Assembly (NCBI GenBank): GCA_004431415.1
Contig: QPMI01000480.1
Location: forward strand, 1 to 58,177
Direction of reading: 5' to 3'
Source of the DNA: Cyanophora paradoxa CCMP329
Lineage: Eukaryota > Plantae > Glaucophyta
Length of the DNA stretch: 58,177 bases
Shown here: one piece after another, positions 20,401 to 33,438 of the stretch
Position numbering within the stretch: the first letter of the stretch is position 1
Layout of the letters: every line of letters begins with the position of its first letter
The notes under the pieces: generated by a model
The model's input: only the letters and a program-made list of their open reading frames with translations
Told to the model about the DNA's origin: nothing
Database searches by the model: none
Translations under genes and position numbers: made by a program

Positions 20401-23183
20401 GCGGTCAGGCGCCCCGCCAAGTCCTTCTTCGCCTGGGCGGTGTTGGGCAGGGGCGGCGGCGAGCGCCGCGGGTCGGCGCCCATCGAGGAGCGGGCCGCGG
20501 CGTTCTCCTGGGCGCGGATGGACGCCAGCTTGGGCAGAGACTCGTCGGCCATCTCGCTGTTGGGCATTCCCCACCACCAGGGCAGGACCTGGCGGCCGCC
20601 CCCCGCTCGGCTTTGGGTTGCGTGGCGCGGGGCGCGCGCTCTCAAGGGCGGACCTTGACTTGCTCGTTCATGAGGACCGAGACCCCGTGCATGAACTTGG
20701 AGAACTTGTGCACCTGCGCGGCGGGGAAGGGCCGGGCTCAGCTGCCCGCCGGAGCCGCTGCGGCACCGCTGGCCGCCCGTCTCACCTCCAGCACCAAGTC
20801 GGAGTCGACGATCTCCTCTACCCACTTGGGCCGCGCGCTGCGCGGGAGGGGTACACTCGCACTCAGAAGAAAGCTCCCGGAGCCTCGTACCCGCCACAGA
20901 GCCACGTACCCCTGGAGCTTGACCTCGAGGACGCCGTACGGGAACCAATCGACTTCGCTGGCCTGGCGGAGGAGAGATTAGATTAGTCAGGGCCATAGGA
21001 GTACGTGAACAGTGGGGGTACGCACGATGGGGTTGAAGGTGCGGGTCTCGTTGTACCCCCGGCACCAGGAGGAGCGGAGCGCGGGGTCCTCACAGTTGGG
21101 CCGCCCCCGCTCGAGCAGCATACAGAGGCCAACGTCCAGCGAGATTCGAACCGACGCGTCCCCGGGTACCTAGTAACACGGCACCGATTCAGTCGGGCTC
21201 GCGCTCCCGGGAGGCCGCGGGCGCCGGGGTACCTGGAAGGCGACGCGGCGGTACTCGGTACGGACGACCGGGCTCAGCTTCCTCGTCAGGACGGCCATCT
21301 GCGGCGGGTACGGCGATCAAAGGGGTACGAAAGGGACGGGCGGAGCGGAGGGGGGTACCTGAACTTCGGTGGAGAGGGTCTCGAGGTCGTTGGCGGCTCT
21401 CTTCATCTTCCCCGCCTTCGGGTTGCCGGCCTGGGCGAGGGGGGCGATCGGCGGGGGGTACGGGATCTGGGGAGGGTTCAACGGGGGGTACGCGCACCTT
21501 CTCGGCGTCGGCGGCCTCCTTGCGCATCTTCTCGATGCGCTTGGCGAGCGTGTACGAGCCGTTGAGGAAGCCCTGTGCGCGCGCGCGGGCGGGCAGGGTT
21601 TCAGCTCCGGGCGGGGTACACCAAAACAAGCCGGGGGGGTACGCCGACCTCCACGTTCTCCTCCTTGAGGGAGAAGCGCTGCTTGACGGAGGCTTCGTCG
21701 ACCCAGGACTCGTGGTGCGTCTTCCGCTCGACGTAGCACTCCTGCGGAGGGGGCGGAGGGCGGGCGGTGAGGAAAGGGGCGAGGCGGCGAGGGGCGAGGG
21801 GCGAGCGAAGGCGAGGGGGTAGAGAGAACGGACCTTTGGGCGGCCGTCGCCGTACCACCGGATACGGAGCGCGATGGCGCCCTCCTCGCGCTTCATGCGC
21901 TCGTGGTAGAGATCGAGCTGTACCCCCCCCCCCACTAGAGTCGGCCGGGACTGGGCGGGACGCGGGTTCGGATCGCGCCGCGCACGTTCGGGGAGTCGAA
22001 GTAGATCGACGAGACGAGCCCGCCCGTGTCCGAGTCGCCGTACACCGAGGCCAGCTCCAGGTGCGGCTGCGGGGGTACGGCGTCAAGATCAATCCGAAAA
22101 AGGGCGGTCGCAGGTTCGAACCAGGATCTTGGCCTTGAGCTCGAGGACGCGCTCGGGGCGGACCCAGTACTTGCGGGTCACTGCGCGGGTCGGGGGGAGA
22201 GCGGCGGCCCGGGGTCGGGAGGGCCGGGCCGGGGCGGCGGAGCAGAACAGGGGTACACGCACTGCGCTCGAAGTCCTGGGATTCCTCGGTAGGCTTCGCT
22301 TTCGGCTCGACGCGCTTGCCGTCGGCGCCGGCCGCCGCCGGCGCGCCCGCGCCCGCGGCCGGCTGCCCTTCGCCCTCGCGCATGTGCAGCCACATCTCTG
22401 CCGTGCGCGTGAGCGAGAGCGCGGCCGACCGGCGCCGCGCCGTGGGCCCCGCGCACCGTTCAGCGTGTCCAGCACGTTCTGGTACGCGGGCGAGTAGAGC
22501 TGGCTGACCACCTTCTCGTACTCAGGCAGCAGCTGCAGCGCTCCGCGATGCATCTTGTCGTGCTTCTTCAAGATCTTGGCCACGGCCGTGCCTGCGCGGC
22601 GGCCGCGGGCGCGTGCGTGAGGGGCCGCTCCCAGCGCGGCCCGCGACGACGGCGCACCGTTCAGGCGCGTGAACTGATCCAGCCGAACCATCATCAGGGA
22701 TATGTCCGAGGCCTCCTGCGCCGCAAGGTGACGCACATCCGACTCCTGCGGTGGCGGTAAGATGCGATCAGGATTCGATATGCGCCCCTTCCTTTTGTGA
22801 ACGCACGGCGAGCGTTGTAGCGCGCTTGTTGAGGTTCTCAGTGCGCTGCTGAAGCTCCTGGTGCTTTTCTGCAAGGAACTGGGACACCCGCCCCAGCTCC
22901 GCGCGGAGCTCTGCCTCGAAGAGCTTTTCGGCAGCATCCAGGTCCTCCTGGCCTGCGGAGAGCGGTTCGATTAAGTGCAAAACATCGAGGCGCATCGCTC
23001 CGCTCACTTTGCGCGGCGCTTAGGATGTTGCGAAGCGTCTTTTTGAGCTTCTTGTACGCGAGCGCATGCGGTGACCACTCGGGATCGTGCGCTGCGATAC
23101 GCGTTAAAGGTTAACAAGAGGGAGGTTAACAACGACGAAGGGCCGCGCTGCGACTTACTCGCGAGGACCTTGCCGAATTTCAT
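17475..23183 (-). CDS. VTC4: Vacuolar transporter chaperone polyphosphate polymerase (SPX-VTC-DUF202) with a C-terminal extension
   Basis: Manually spliced through GT-AG introns. SPX: MKFGKVLA, YKKLKK, KILKKHDK. Catalytic tunnel: TRKYWV, SSIYFD, LRIRWYG, VERKTHHE, VRISLD, FPYGVLEVKLQ, KFSKFMHG. DUF202: KIEPKTFLANERTFMNW plus 3 TM helices. Further in-frame exons continue to the stop at 17475. Confidence 0.93.
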
Positions 23184-23533
23184 CGCTGCGGGCCGGCGAG
23201 CATCAGCGACATGCTCATATCAGAGCCCAGCTATGATATCGAGACGACTGACGCACTGAGTCAGAGGTGGTCAGCGCGAGATGCGGCCGGTCCGAAGTCC
23301 CACCGTCGACCCCAAAGGCCTGCTTACAGGCCTCCGATCGATGAGCGCGGGGGAACGACGTCAACGGCGCTGGCTGACGCGCTCCAGAGAGGCGTCTTAG
23401 CCTTGCGCAAGCCGTCTCTTTGGGGGTACACTCACACTCACTCTACTCTACCAGCTTCGCCACGGCGTCCACCAGCACAGCTCGAACGGCGGCCAAGCGA
23501 ACTCGGGAAGAGGCACAGCTCGACTACGGAACG

Positions 23534-24802
23534 ATGGTCCGCCCCGCCCGCCCTTTCGGTCAATGTGAAGGGGAACACGGCTCGAGGCCGGGACCGCGCG
23601 CGGCGCTCGCATAGCGTTCTTTCCGGCCTTGGCCGATCCTATACGATAGCGTGAAGGGAATCGAGCGGCCCTGGTGCCCCCCGCGCTTGTCACCTGCGCC
23701 TGACCGTTTAGCGAGACCCGGCGCCCCAGTCAGCGCGGCCCCCATTTCCTTTCCGAGTCCCGCGCGCCGTATACTGACGATCTTCCTGAGCAGGAGAACG
23801 TGTCGCCAGCGGTCATCACTCGTCTGGCCCGCGAGCTGCGCGAGCTCGCCACGACGCCCCCGGAGGGGATCCGCGTCATCATCAACGAGGAGAAGATCAC
23901 CGATGTTGTTGCAGACATCGAAGGCCCCGGTGCGTAGCTTCAGCGCGCCACGAGCTACCCTCGACGTTATTTCGGGGGGTCTCGCTCCAACGTTCCAGTG
24001 GACTGACCGAACTGCGGGGCCGAGCAGTGGGCACTCCGTACGAAGGAGGCGTTTTCAGGATGCGTCTTGCGCTCGGACAGGACTTCCCTCAAGCGCCTCC
24101 TCGTGGTGCGCCGGCGCAAGGAACCGGAGCCTCAATCGCAACTCGGTTGGCCCTGACGCGCGCCCTAACCTGCGCAGGCTACTTCATCACGAAGATCTTC
24201 CATCCTAACGTGGCCAACAACGGCGAGATCTGCGTGAACGTTCTCAAGAAGGACTGGAAGAGCGACATGGGTCTGCAGCACGTCCTCCTGGTCGGCCCCG
24301 CTTCTCCCACGCGCCGCGCGCTCTCTCAACTCACTTCTCTGCGATCGTTTCGCAGGTGATCCGGTGCCTCCTCATCGTGCCGTTCCCGGAGTCGGCGCTC
24401 AACGAGGAGGCTGGCAAGCTCTTCATGGAGGACTACGAGGAGTACTGCCAGCGCGCGCGCATGTTCACGGGGTTCGCGCGAAAAGAGGAATCCGCCGGCG
24501 CGCTGGCCGCCCGAGGCTCACGCGGGGCGCACGCCACGCAGTATCTACGCGAAGGCCGAGAAGAAGGCGGAGGCTTCTTCCTCGAAGGAGGGCGTGGAGA
24601 CCAAGGCCGGCGAGGCACAGGCGAAGGAGCCCAACGGCAGCGGTGCACTCCCCTGTCCGCGGCCGTCTCGCCCGCCGCTGACTCGCGCGCGCCTCGGGCA
24701 GAGTCGCCAGCAGCAGCGCTGAAGAAGGCGCCGTCGGCCGCGAAGCCGGAGGAGCAGAAGAAGGCCGCGATCGACAGGAAGCGCAGCATCAAGCGGCTGT
24801 GA
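23534..24802 (+). CDS. UBE2S: Ubiquitin-conjugating enzyme E2 S
   Basis: Spliced exons [26 protein letters not shown]|[17 protein letters not shown]|[26 protein letters not shown]|[29 protein letters not shown]. The basic C-terminus KRSIKRL is typical of UBE2S. The start codon is uncertain; coding is secure from 23794. Confidence 0.92.
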
Positions 24803-25251
24803 GGGCCCGCGCCCGCCGGCCGGCGCAACTTTCGCCCCTCCCGACCCCGCCGTCCCACCGAAGCTCATCATCGGCCCTCCACCAGCCTCCACCTCGATCG
24901 ACTCTCTACCCACCGCCGCCATGCTTGTCAGCGTGGCGCCGGAGCCCTTCTCTCGAGGCTTTAGCCCCGCCAGCCGTGCTTTTTCGTCCCTCCCGTCCCT
25001 TCTCCGCACGGAAACTGCGACAGCTACGTCAGCGCAGCCCTTTTTGCCGCTTCGTTTGCCACAACCCAGTGGCCAGCGCCTAGCCAGCCCAGGTTCTAGC
25101 CAGCCTAGCCGTAGGATGGCATCACATTGAAATACAAAGCGAACTTGAAATACTGGAAATCGATACTGCGTAACGCGGGTATAGTACATGCTACATGCTT
25201 AGACTTCGGCCTGGGGCCACGCATTGGTTGCTCTTCTTGCACGTCTTCAGC

Positions 25252-26516
25252 TTAAGCGGAGGCGGCGGCGGCGTCGCGGGTGACGTATCCGGCGGTGCCG
25301 ACCTCGGGATCGTCGGCCGCGCTCCGCTGGTTCTTCATGGCGGCGTGGAGCACAATAAAGACAGCGCTCGTCCCAGTGACCCAGAAGATCACTGCAAGCG
25401 GCGGCGGCTCGTTCAGGCGGAGTGGGCGGGACGGGGAGGGGGAAGCGGGCGTGCGGGACAGGCGCACTAGAGTGGGCGCCCGTCACGAGGAGCACGACGA
25501 CTGAGACGACTGTCAAGTACAGAACCTGTCGCGGCGCGGCGGCGAGCGTCAGGCGGGGCGGAGGGGCGCGAGGGAGGCGAATGAGGGCGGGAGGGGGGGG
25601 CGACACCTTCTCCTGCGCGCGGGGTCGGCGTGAGCGAAAGAAGAAGAAGAAAGGGGAGGAAAGAAAGGAGGGGAAAGAAGAGCGCACGCGGTCAGAGACG
25701 ACGCGGCTGGCGATGACGAGGGGCGCGTCGCGGAACATGAGGAGGTAGAGCCACGCCGAGCCGACGACGATGAGCGTAATAGCGCTCACGGGGCTGCTGA
25801 TAATGCCGAACAGCAGCAGACCGCCGACCAGGATCGCGTAGCTGCGGGCGGGGCGGGGCGGCAGCGTCAACGCGGCCGGTGCGGCGCGGGCGGTCGACGC
25901 ACTTCGCTGTGGACCAAAGGCGGAAGGAAGGCGTCGGAACAGTTAGCTAGAAACGCTTCCGTACCGCTGCGGGCGGCGCACCGGCGTAGTATGGCACATT
26001 CTCGGTAAGGCGGCGGGAGATCTCAGGGGCGGCTGCGGCACGTCTCAGCGGCGCGGCGGGAGCGACTGGGGCGATGTGCTAAAGCGAGCACTATGAAATG
26101 GCTTCACGCACTCTTCGGCAGGGAGAAGTCGGAGACCTTGATGAAGTCCGGCCACGGCTTGATGCTGCGGCGCCGGCGCTCGGACGGGCGCGGCTCAGGG
26201 CGGCGAGATGAAGGCGCACTTCTCGAGGTACTTGGATTTGGCGACCTCGAAGCTGCAGAGGGACGGGTCTGAGCCCCGGGCAACGGGAGAATGCTGGCGG
26301 CAGCGTGGCGCACTAGGACACGTTGCTCGGCTGGTCCATGGAGGGCTGATTCACAAAGTTGGAGAACTGCACCAGGTGGTCTCGTTAGCCGCGGCCGGCG
26401 GTATCGCGAGAGGGCCTCGGCTGCTTCAAGCGAAACCGCCGATACGGCGCGCAACGCAGCGGCGGGGCCGCGGGGTAGCACAAACGCACCGAAGAGAGCT
26501 GCGGACGCTGAGTCAT
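25252..26516 (-). CDS. PRA1: Prenylated Rab acceptor (PRA1) family protein
   Basis: Spliced: MTQRPQ..IKPWPDF..FSLP..RLTENVPYYAANYAILV..hydrophobic hairpins..VLHAAMK. The model needs a 4-nt and a 6-nt micro-exon. Confidence 0.88.
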
Positions 26517-26681
26517 CACGGGGCCCGCCGGCGGAGCTCGAGATGAAAATGCAGTTGAGGCTTCCGGGTTGGGTACACAAAACGCTTCAGGCCGACAGTC
26601 GAACCAGCCAGCAGGAGCAGCCAGCTTTGATCCAGGCTTCCATAGTCACCGCTGGGTTGCACAAGTCCGATCGCCGAGCGC

Positions 26682-28082
26682 ATGTCGGGCGTGCGCGCGC
26701 CGTCTTTGTTCGGCGAGGCGAGTACCAGCGCTCCAGCTCCTTTAACGAGCGCTCTAGATCTGATCGCTCCACAGGAGCCCACACTGCGGGCCGTGCGCCC
26801 CTCGGACGCGGTGGCTCCAGAGCAGGTCGGCGTGGAGCTCAGGGAGCCCGGCGACCTCGAGCAGGGCACAGGACCAGAAGCAGTAGCGCCGCAGGATGCA
26901 GGTGGCCCCGCTTTGCACCCTGCGCGCCGCCCAGTTCGATATCGATGCATGGGCCGAGTGGTTCACACGACGCATGCAGCGTACTCGCGGCTCCTGACGG
27001 CCGCCCGCACGGAGAACTTTGCCGATTTGGAGAGCCTCGGCATCATCGTGAACGCACGTACGTACGCGCGCCGGCGCGGCAGCGCGCGCGCGCTTGACGC
27101 CGGGATGACGACAGCCGACGACGCGGAGGGAAGGAAGGTCGTGCTGGTCTTCGCGCGGCTGGCGGACGTGCGCCAAGTCAGCTACATTCGTCTGCGGCTC
27201 TTCTTTGTGCACAAGCTGCACCCGATCGTCCGGCACCCGCAAGGATACGTCCTCGGTCCGTCTTCTCCCGCCCGCGCGGGAGCCTGCAGCTGCGGCGGAG
27301 TCTAAGGCGGCGGGCCCCGCGCGCAGTCTTCTTCATGAGCGATATTGCGCTGGCTGAGCGGCCGTCCATGGCGTGGCTTAAGCAAAGCTACCAGATGCTC
27401 TCGCTAGAGTGCGCACGTGCACGTGCCCTGCGCTTCCTCTCGCCTTGCCGACGCGCGCCGCGGCCGGCGCCCTCCCGCAGGTTCCGGAAAAAGCTTAAGC
27501 GTATGATCATAGTCCACCCGTGCGCGCCGCCCGTGACGAGCCGCCGGGGGCGCGGCCGGCCCGCCGAGCCGCCCGCAGGACGCTCTGGATGCGGGCCCTC
27601 TTCGCGTTCTTCGGACCCTTCCTCAGCGAGAAGTTCTGGTCCAAGCTCATCTACGCGAATTACATCGGTGAGCTCCGAAGCACGCGCCGGGTCGCCCGGG
27701 CCGACGCTGGACCCCGCCGGGCCGGGCCGCAGAGGACCTGAGCCCCTACCTCGACGTCGATCGCCTGCCCATCCCGGACTCTGTGTGGCAGTGCGCCGCC
27801 CTCTCCTCTCGGCCCTTGATGATAGATATTGATTGTAATTCGAGTTCGCGAGCTTATTCTGTACCCCTCTCCCCCCCAGGTCGGACCAGGAGCGGAGGGA
27901 CGGGGACCTCACGCCCTCCTTCGACGACGTCGTAAAGGCACGTATACACGTACCCCCCGGTCTAGATCTAGAGTCTAGATAGAGTCTCTGGGCGTGAGAT
28001 ATAATTGACGCGGCCCGCCGCGCAGGGCATTGGCGCCTCCTCGACGATGTGGGCGCACATGGTTCGTTTTTGTATTTCTTAA
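26682..28082 (+). CDS. BCH (BNIP-2/Cdc42GAP homology, CRAL-TRIO_2) domain protein, similar to the GDAP2 C-terminus
   Basis: Exons YSRLLTAARTENFADLESLGII, DAEGRKVVLVFA, PSMAWLKQSYQML, FRKKLKRMIIVHP, LWMRALFAFFGPFLSEKFWSKLIY and LPIPDSV. The 3' end is uncertain. Confidence 0.85.
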
Positions 28083-28276
28083 GGTATAAGATATAAGATA
28101 GGAGATTACATAGACGGAGAGCGAGCGGGCCGCGCCGGCCCGATGCGCGCTCCTTAGCTAGCGATTGTAGGTTCCTCTGCTTCGCTTAGCATCCGGACCC
28201 GCTGACCTGCGGTGCAGTTCGCGCCCTTCTCGTTCCTCGGGCCGAGCATGAACTCGCGCCCCCGCGACACGAGCGA

Positions 28277-31037
28277 CTAGCCGCCGCCGGCGGCGGCGGC
28301 CCCCGCCTCCGCCTCCGCCTCCGCCGCTGCCGCCTGCGGCGGTGGCGGCGGCGCTGCGGGGGCGGGCTCGCCCGTCGGAGTGCCGCCGCCTCCGTTGTCG
28401 GTTCGGGACCGCGTCCGCGAGTGCGGCGCCAGCGGCGCGGGGCGGTTCGGCCTCCGCCCTCCCCGAGGGCCGCCCCCCGCCGGCTCCTCCCCCCGGGGAC
28501 CTTGATCCACCCGTCTCCGACGTCCCCGCTCCCTTACCCCCTCCGGCTCCATCCCTGGGCCGGCTGCTCCGGCGCCTCTACCCCCCGGCCTCCGGCGCCG
28601 GCCTTGGCTGCTGCTCCTCCGCTGGCGCCTCCTCCCTCGCCGCTGGGGGCGCCTCCGGCCCGCCGCCGCCGGCCTCTCCGCCTCGGCCGGCGGCGCCGCT
28701 GTCGCCTCCGGTGCTTTCTCCGCCTCCCGCCCCGCCGCCGCGGCCGCCTCGGGCGCCGGCGCCGGCGCCGCCGCCGGCAGCTCGCCCAGCAGAGGGACCG
28801 TCTCCCCCCTCATCGACACGGGCGGCGGGGGCGCCATCGCAGCCGCCTTCTCTTCCGCCGCCGCCTCCGCCCTCGTTCGCATGTGGGGCCCCGCGCCCGC
28901 CGCCGCCGCCAGCGCCGCCTTCACCGCCGCCTCCTTCCCCCTGCAGTTCTTCTCCACCGCCAGCTCCACCACCCGGCTCTGCGCCGCGTCGCGTACCCCC
29001 CTGAGCGTCCCACTCTGCTTCTTCTTCGGGCGCGTACCCCCCTTTCCCTCGCACCTGGTGTACAGAATCCACGATCACGATGTTGATGCGCTGCGAGGGA
29101 AAGAGTGACGCGGTCAGCGAGGGAGCCGGGGGGGTACAGGGAAAGCTGAACACCTTCTCTTTCCAGTCGTTCGCGAGCCATCCCTCCAGGGCTCGGTTCG
29201 CCCGGTTCCCAAGGTTCACCAGGCTGTCGCAGGGCGTAAGAGATGGGGCGAGCGGGGTACGACGACGGAAGGGGGGTGAGGGGTAGGGGACACTTGGTGG
29301 GCCAGAGCTTCGTCCAGTCGCAGAGGCAATTCAGGCAGAGACCCGAGGCGATGCCCTTGGCGATGGCGATTGCGGGCGTGAAGAGGGCCTGGCGTACGCG
29401 TGACGCGGGCGACCTCAGGGGTACAGGGCCGCGGGGGAGGGGGGCACTCGGACCTGGAGGACGATCACGTTCGACGTGTAGTACCCGTCGCTCTGCAGCT
29501 TCTCCACCTGGAGGGGTACGACGTTCGGCCGGAGCTGCCGCAGCGAACGGAGCGGGTGGGGGGTACAGGGCACGCCTCCTCGTCCAGGACCTTCTTCAGC
29601 TCCTCTTTGGTCTCCTTCCCGGGCCAGCGCGAGTAGGGGGAATCGCTGGCGAGGGGTGCGTGAGATTGCGCTGCGAGGGGGGTACGCAAATCGCTTACAA
29701 GAGCCGCGGCTCCTTGGCTCTCGCGCCGTCGCAGAGCTTCTCGCCGCTGAGGGGCGGGCGGGTCGGGGCGGGGGGCAAGGGAGGGGGTACGGGATTCTCA
29801 CGCGTAGGACAGGAAGACCGTCGTACCCGCCGCCCAGAGATCCGCGGGGGTCATGTACCCCCGCGGGGGCTCGCGGCCGTTCCCGGGGTCGGCGCGGCGC
29901 ACGGCCCGCGACCCGAAAAGCTTCATGAGGTACGCCGATAAGTCGTCGTGCGCCTTTTCCGTCATCCCGTACATGTGGTTGAAGTCTGTACAGGGGGGGC
30001 GGGGGGGTTCAGAGGGGGTACAGGTACTCGGAAGCGGAGGCGGCGCGTACCCAGGAAGACGATCTCCCTCGGGTGCAGGTCGAGCCAGTGGGCGACGGCG
30101 GGCAGGCCGCGGGCCTCGTCTGTGATCTCGCCGCAGCCCATGCTGTACCCCCCACGAGCTCAGGCTCGGCGGAGTGGGGGGAAAGGCGAGGGGCTACAAG
30201 AAAGACGACACCTGTGCTCGAAGTGGAACTTGTCGGCGTGGAAGCAGATGCGCAGGTCCAAGTACCGTACCCCCGCGTTCAGCTGCTCCACCAGAGACAG
30301 GGTCTGCGAGCGCTGCGGGAGCGGAGGGCGTGGGGGGATAGAAAGTGCGCGGAGAGGGCGCCGGCGTACAGCCCACGTCTTGCCCAGCTGCGGCGTGAGC
30401 GTCAGAGAAGGGAGGGGGACAGGAAGGCAACGGCGGACCATTCGGAAGGGGAGGCCAAGCACGGGGACCTTTCCGGCGAGCAGGATGCCGGGGGCGTGCT
30501 TGAAGATGCTGGAGAAGAGGCTCACGGACGCTGTGGCCGAGTCGTGCGTGCCCGGGATGCACAGGTCCTTGATGCAGACGTTCTTGATGGCCTCTGCCGT
30601 ATCGTCCATCCCTGCATTCGAAACGCTCAGCCAAGGAGTGCGCGTCCGCTAGCTAAGCACGTCGCTAAAGGAATCCCTTCCAAGGCCGGATCCCCGCGCC
30701 AAGCCCTACAGCTAGAGCGCACTCGTCGACGTCGCTCGCAAGCTTTAAGCGGTATGGGTCCGACAAGCGTTACGAGCCACCGCGGCCCCGTTGGAGACTT
30801 TGGGGATGAAGCTTTAGCTATGGCATCGATTGCAAGCTGCGCCAGCCTTTTCGAAGGCCGACGCACGCCGCTCGTCGTTAAAAGCGCGCTCCCGCGCTCA
30901 GCTTGCTTGAACTTCGTGACCCGCTCTTCGCCCGGCCCGATCTAAACCGAGGCGGGAGGGAACGTACATGTCGCCGGGCTCTTGCCCGTCACCGCGAGCG
31001 TCGGCGGGGCCATCTCGGGCCGCTTTCCGCACGGCAT
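28277..31037 (-). CDS. PI-specific phospholipase C X-domain (PLCXD-like) protein with a low-complexity Ala/Glu/Pro C-tail
   Basis: WMDD..IKDLCIPGTHDSAT, QTLSLVEQLNAGVRYLDLRI, WLDLHPREIVFL|DFNHMY and NIVIVD motifs. The first exon ATG is at 31037 or 31013. Confidence 0.88.
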
Positions 31038-31720
31038 CGATGTCTTGATTTGCTAATGCCGAACCCGGACTGCCGCGCACTGCGCCACAAGCTGCAGCGG
31101 CTGGCGCTAGCGGACGCCGGCCCGAGTTTGAGGTTTGCCGGGCGCCGGCGCCTCCGCGAACGGGGTACGACGTTCAGCGGCTTTGCTATAGGGCTAGCTG
31201 CTGAGCGCTAGCGATAGCGGCCCAACCTTTCGGATTACGGACGTCGACGCTGCCGCCGTACCAACTCCTCATGGCCACGGGGCGCCGCGCGCGGGGACGC
31301 CCGCGCGCCCGCGCCCGCGCGCGGCCGGCGCGCCCTCGCCGCCGCGACCCAGGCCTATCTATAGGCGGAGGGCGCCGGCTCGCCCTCGGCCTCCAAGTAC
31401 CGCGCCCTACTCTGAGCTCTCCGACTTCGAAATCGTTCGAATTTGATCGATCCGACTTCGAAATCGTTCGAAGGCCTAGGGGCGCGGTCGGGCCGCGGGG
31501 CCGGGGATGCGGAGAGGCGGCCGGGGGGTGGAGCGGCGGGGGTGGGGAAGGGGTGGGGGGGGGAAGGGGGGGACGTGAAAAGGCGGCCGGGGGTAGGGCG
31601 GGGTGGAGAAGGACTGGGCTGAAGCTTGAAAGAAACAGGCGGGAAGGACACCGCCCGCCAAGGTCGGAGTCGCGAACAGAGGTAAACGTTCCAGTTGCAG
31701 GCCGCGCGCTGCTGGGGCCG

Positions 31721-33097
31721 CTAGACGGAGCCCCACGCCTGCTCGTCGGCTCCGCCCTGCCAGCCGCCGTCCCCGAACAGCTCGGCGTACCCCCCCGGGT
31801 GCGCGATACCGTACCCCGGGTCCGCCGCCCCGTGGGGGTCTTCGTCCGCCGCCAGGCCGCCCCCCGGCCCTTCGAGCGCCTCGCCTGTACCCGAGAGCTC
31901 GGCTGCGTGGTAGGGGTACAGCTCCAGGCCGGACGCCTGCTCGCGGCTCAGGGGTACGGTCAGTTAGCTTCGGAAAAGCCGTACCCAGGTCTCGTCGACG
32001 AGCTGCGCGCCCCCGTCTATGTGGCGGTACCGGTTCTCTGCGATAAGGGTACCCGGGAAGGGTGCGGCGTTCAGCGGTACGAGGACACGCAGCCGTACCC
32101 CCGTCCCGGCGCACCGTAAACCTCGACTTCGGGCAGGTTCAGTATACCCCCCTTTGGCATCCATATTCTAACCAGGTTACCTGCGGGGGTACGGCTAAGC
32201 CAGGGGTGAGGGAACGGAAAGGAAGACAGAGTACCCTGGACGCCTTCGGGTACCAGGATGTCTACAACATGATTGTTGTACCCCTCTGGAGGCACGGGAA
32301 AGTGCTGCGACCAAATCTGCGGGGGGTACGCTCGTTCAGTGCCGTGTTCAGACCGGTCAGTGGGGGTCGCGGCGCACCTCCTGAGCATTCCTGAATATGG
32401 TTACTGTGAAGTCCTTTAGCCTAGGCGCCGCCCCGTCGGATCGGTTGTAGATGACGACTTTCCCTATTCGGTAGTGTGCCTGCGACGAAGTTTGGTGGGG
32501 TGGTACCGGCGGTGGGACGAAGACGCAGGGCGCACCCCCAGGTCGACCTGCAGGCGAGCCGCAGGGCGGCAGGCGTCAGAGAGAGCAGCGGAGACGGGCT
32601 GGCGCTGGGCGCGGGAGCCGGCCGCTGAGCGGGGACGGGGCGGGACCCCTCGCACCTGCCACCAGGGAACGTTCTCAACGCCGTTGCTGTGGTATCCCGT
32701 TGGAAAGCCCTTTTCGTCCGCGTAGCCCCCGTCCTTGCCGCGCCCGTCTGCGGAGAGCGCCGGCGGCGCGTCAGACCAGAAGCCCCGAGCTTTCGCGGGC
32801 GGGCGCGCCTACGGCGAGCCAGGGCCCTCCGCCCGTTGCCGACGTGGATGCTATGACCGGTCTGCCAAGTGCGAGGTTCCTGCGCTCGGCGGCGGGCGAG
32901 CGGGCGAGGTGAGGCTCGAAGGCAGCCCGGCGCGCTCCTCGCCGGCGGGCGCACGGTGCCGAGGTCGACGGAAGGGGCGTGTAGACGCCGAGCTGTGCCG
33001 CGAGCTCCGAGTTCGGCTTCTCGGAGACGAGCGGCGCGGGTGCGGAGGTCGACGGCGGCATCAAGCACGAGCTTTCCGGCTCGTCTTCGTCCGCCAT
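31721..33097 (-). CDS. F-type lectin (fucolectin/FTP) domain protein
   Basis: NLALGRPVIASTS, GYHSNGVENVPWWQ|VDLG|AHYRIGKVVIYNRSDGAAPRL and VRIWMP..ILNLPEVEVYG. H-x27-RxD-x4-R is close to the F-lectin fucose-binding motif HX26RXDX4R/K. The last exon probably carries a homopolymer frameshift. Confidence 0.8.
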
Positions 33098-33438
33098 GCA
33101 GTGCGAGCGACAGAGCTAAGAAGCCTGCAGAAGTCCGCAGGACGGGCTGGAACAGACGAGCTGGGGCCTGGCTGGAAGTGGTTTGCGCTGTGCGCCGAGC
33201 ACTCGGGCAAGCGGGCTGATTGAAAGCGGGGCCTCTGAAGTTGGCAGGCGTTTTGGATGCCTTGGAATGTCTGAGCGGCGGCCGGCGAGCGAGCGGCGGG
33301 TGACTGGTGGTCTCTTTGTGGGGTACAGCGCTGCAGAGGGCCCAGGGCGGATTGCCGGAAGGCTCGAGCCCTGGCGCGCGATTCCCGCACAGCTCAGCTG
33401 CGTTCGTCTCTCCAGCAGAGCGCAAGAGCTCAGAGGCG

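Noticed and set aside
17475-26516. Non-canonical splicing or an alternative genetic code
   Set aside because: All traced introns in VTC4, UBE2S and PRA1 are GT-AG and exons translate in the standard code. Only one possible GC donor (near 27938) was seen, and it is ambiguous.
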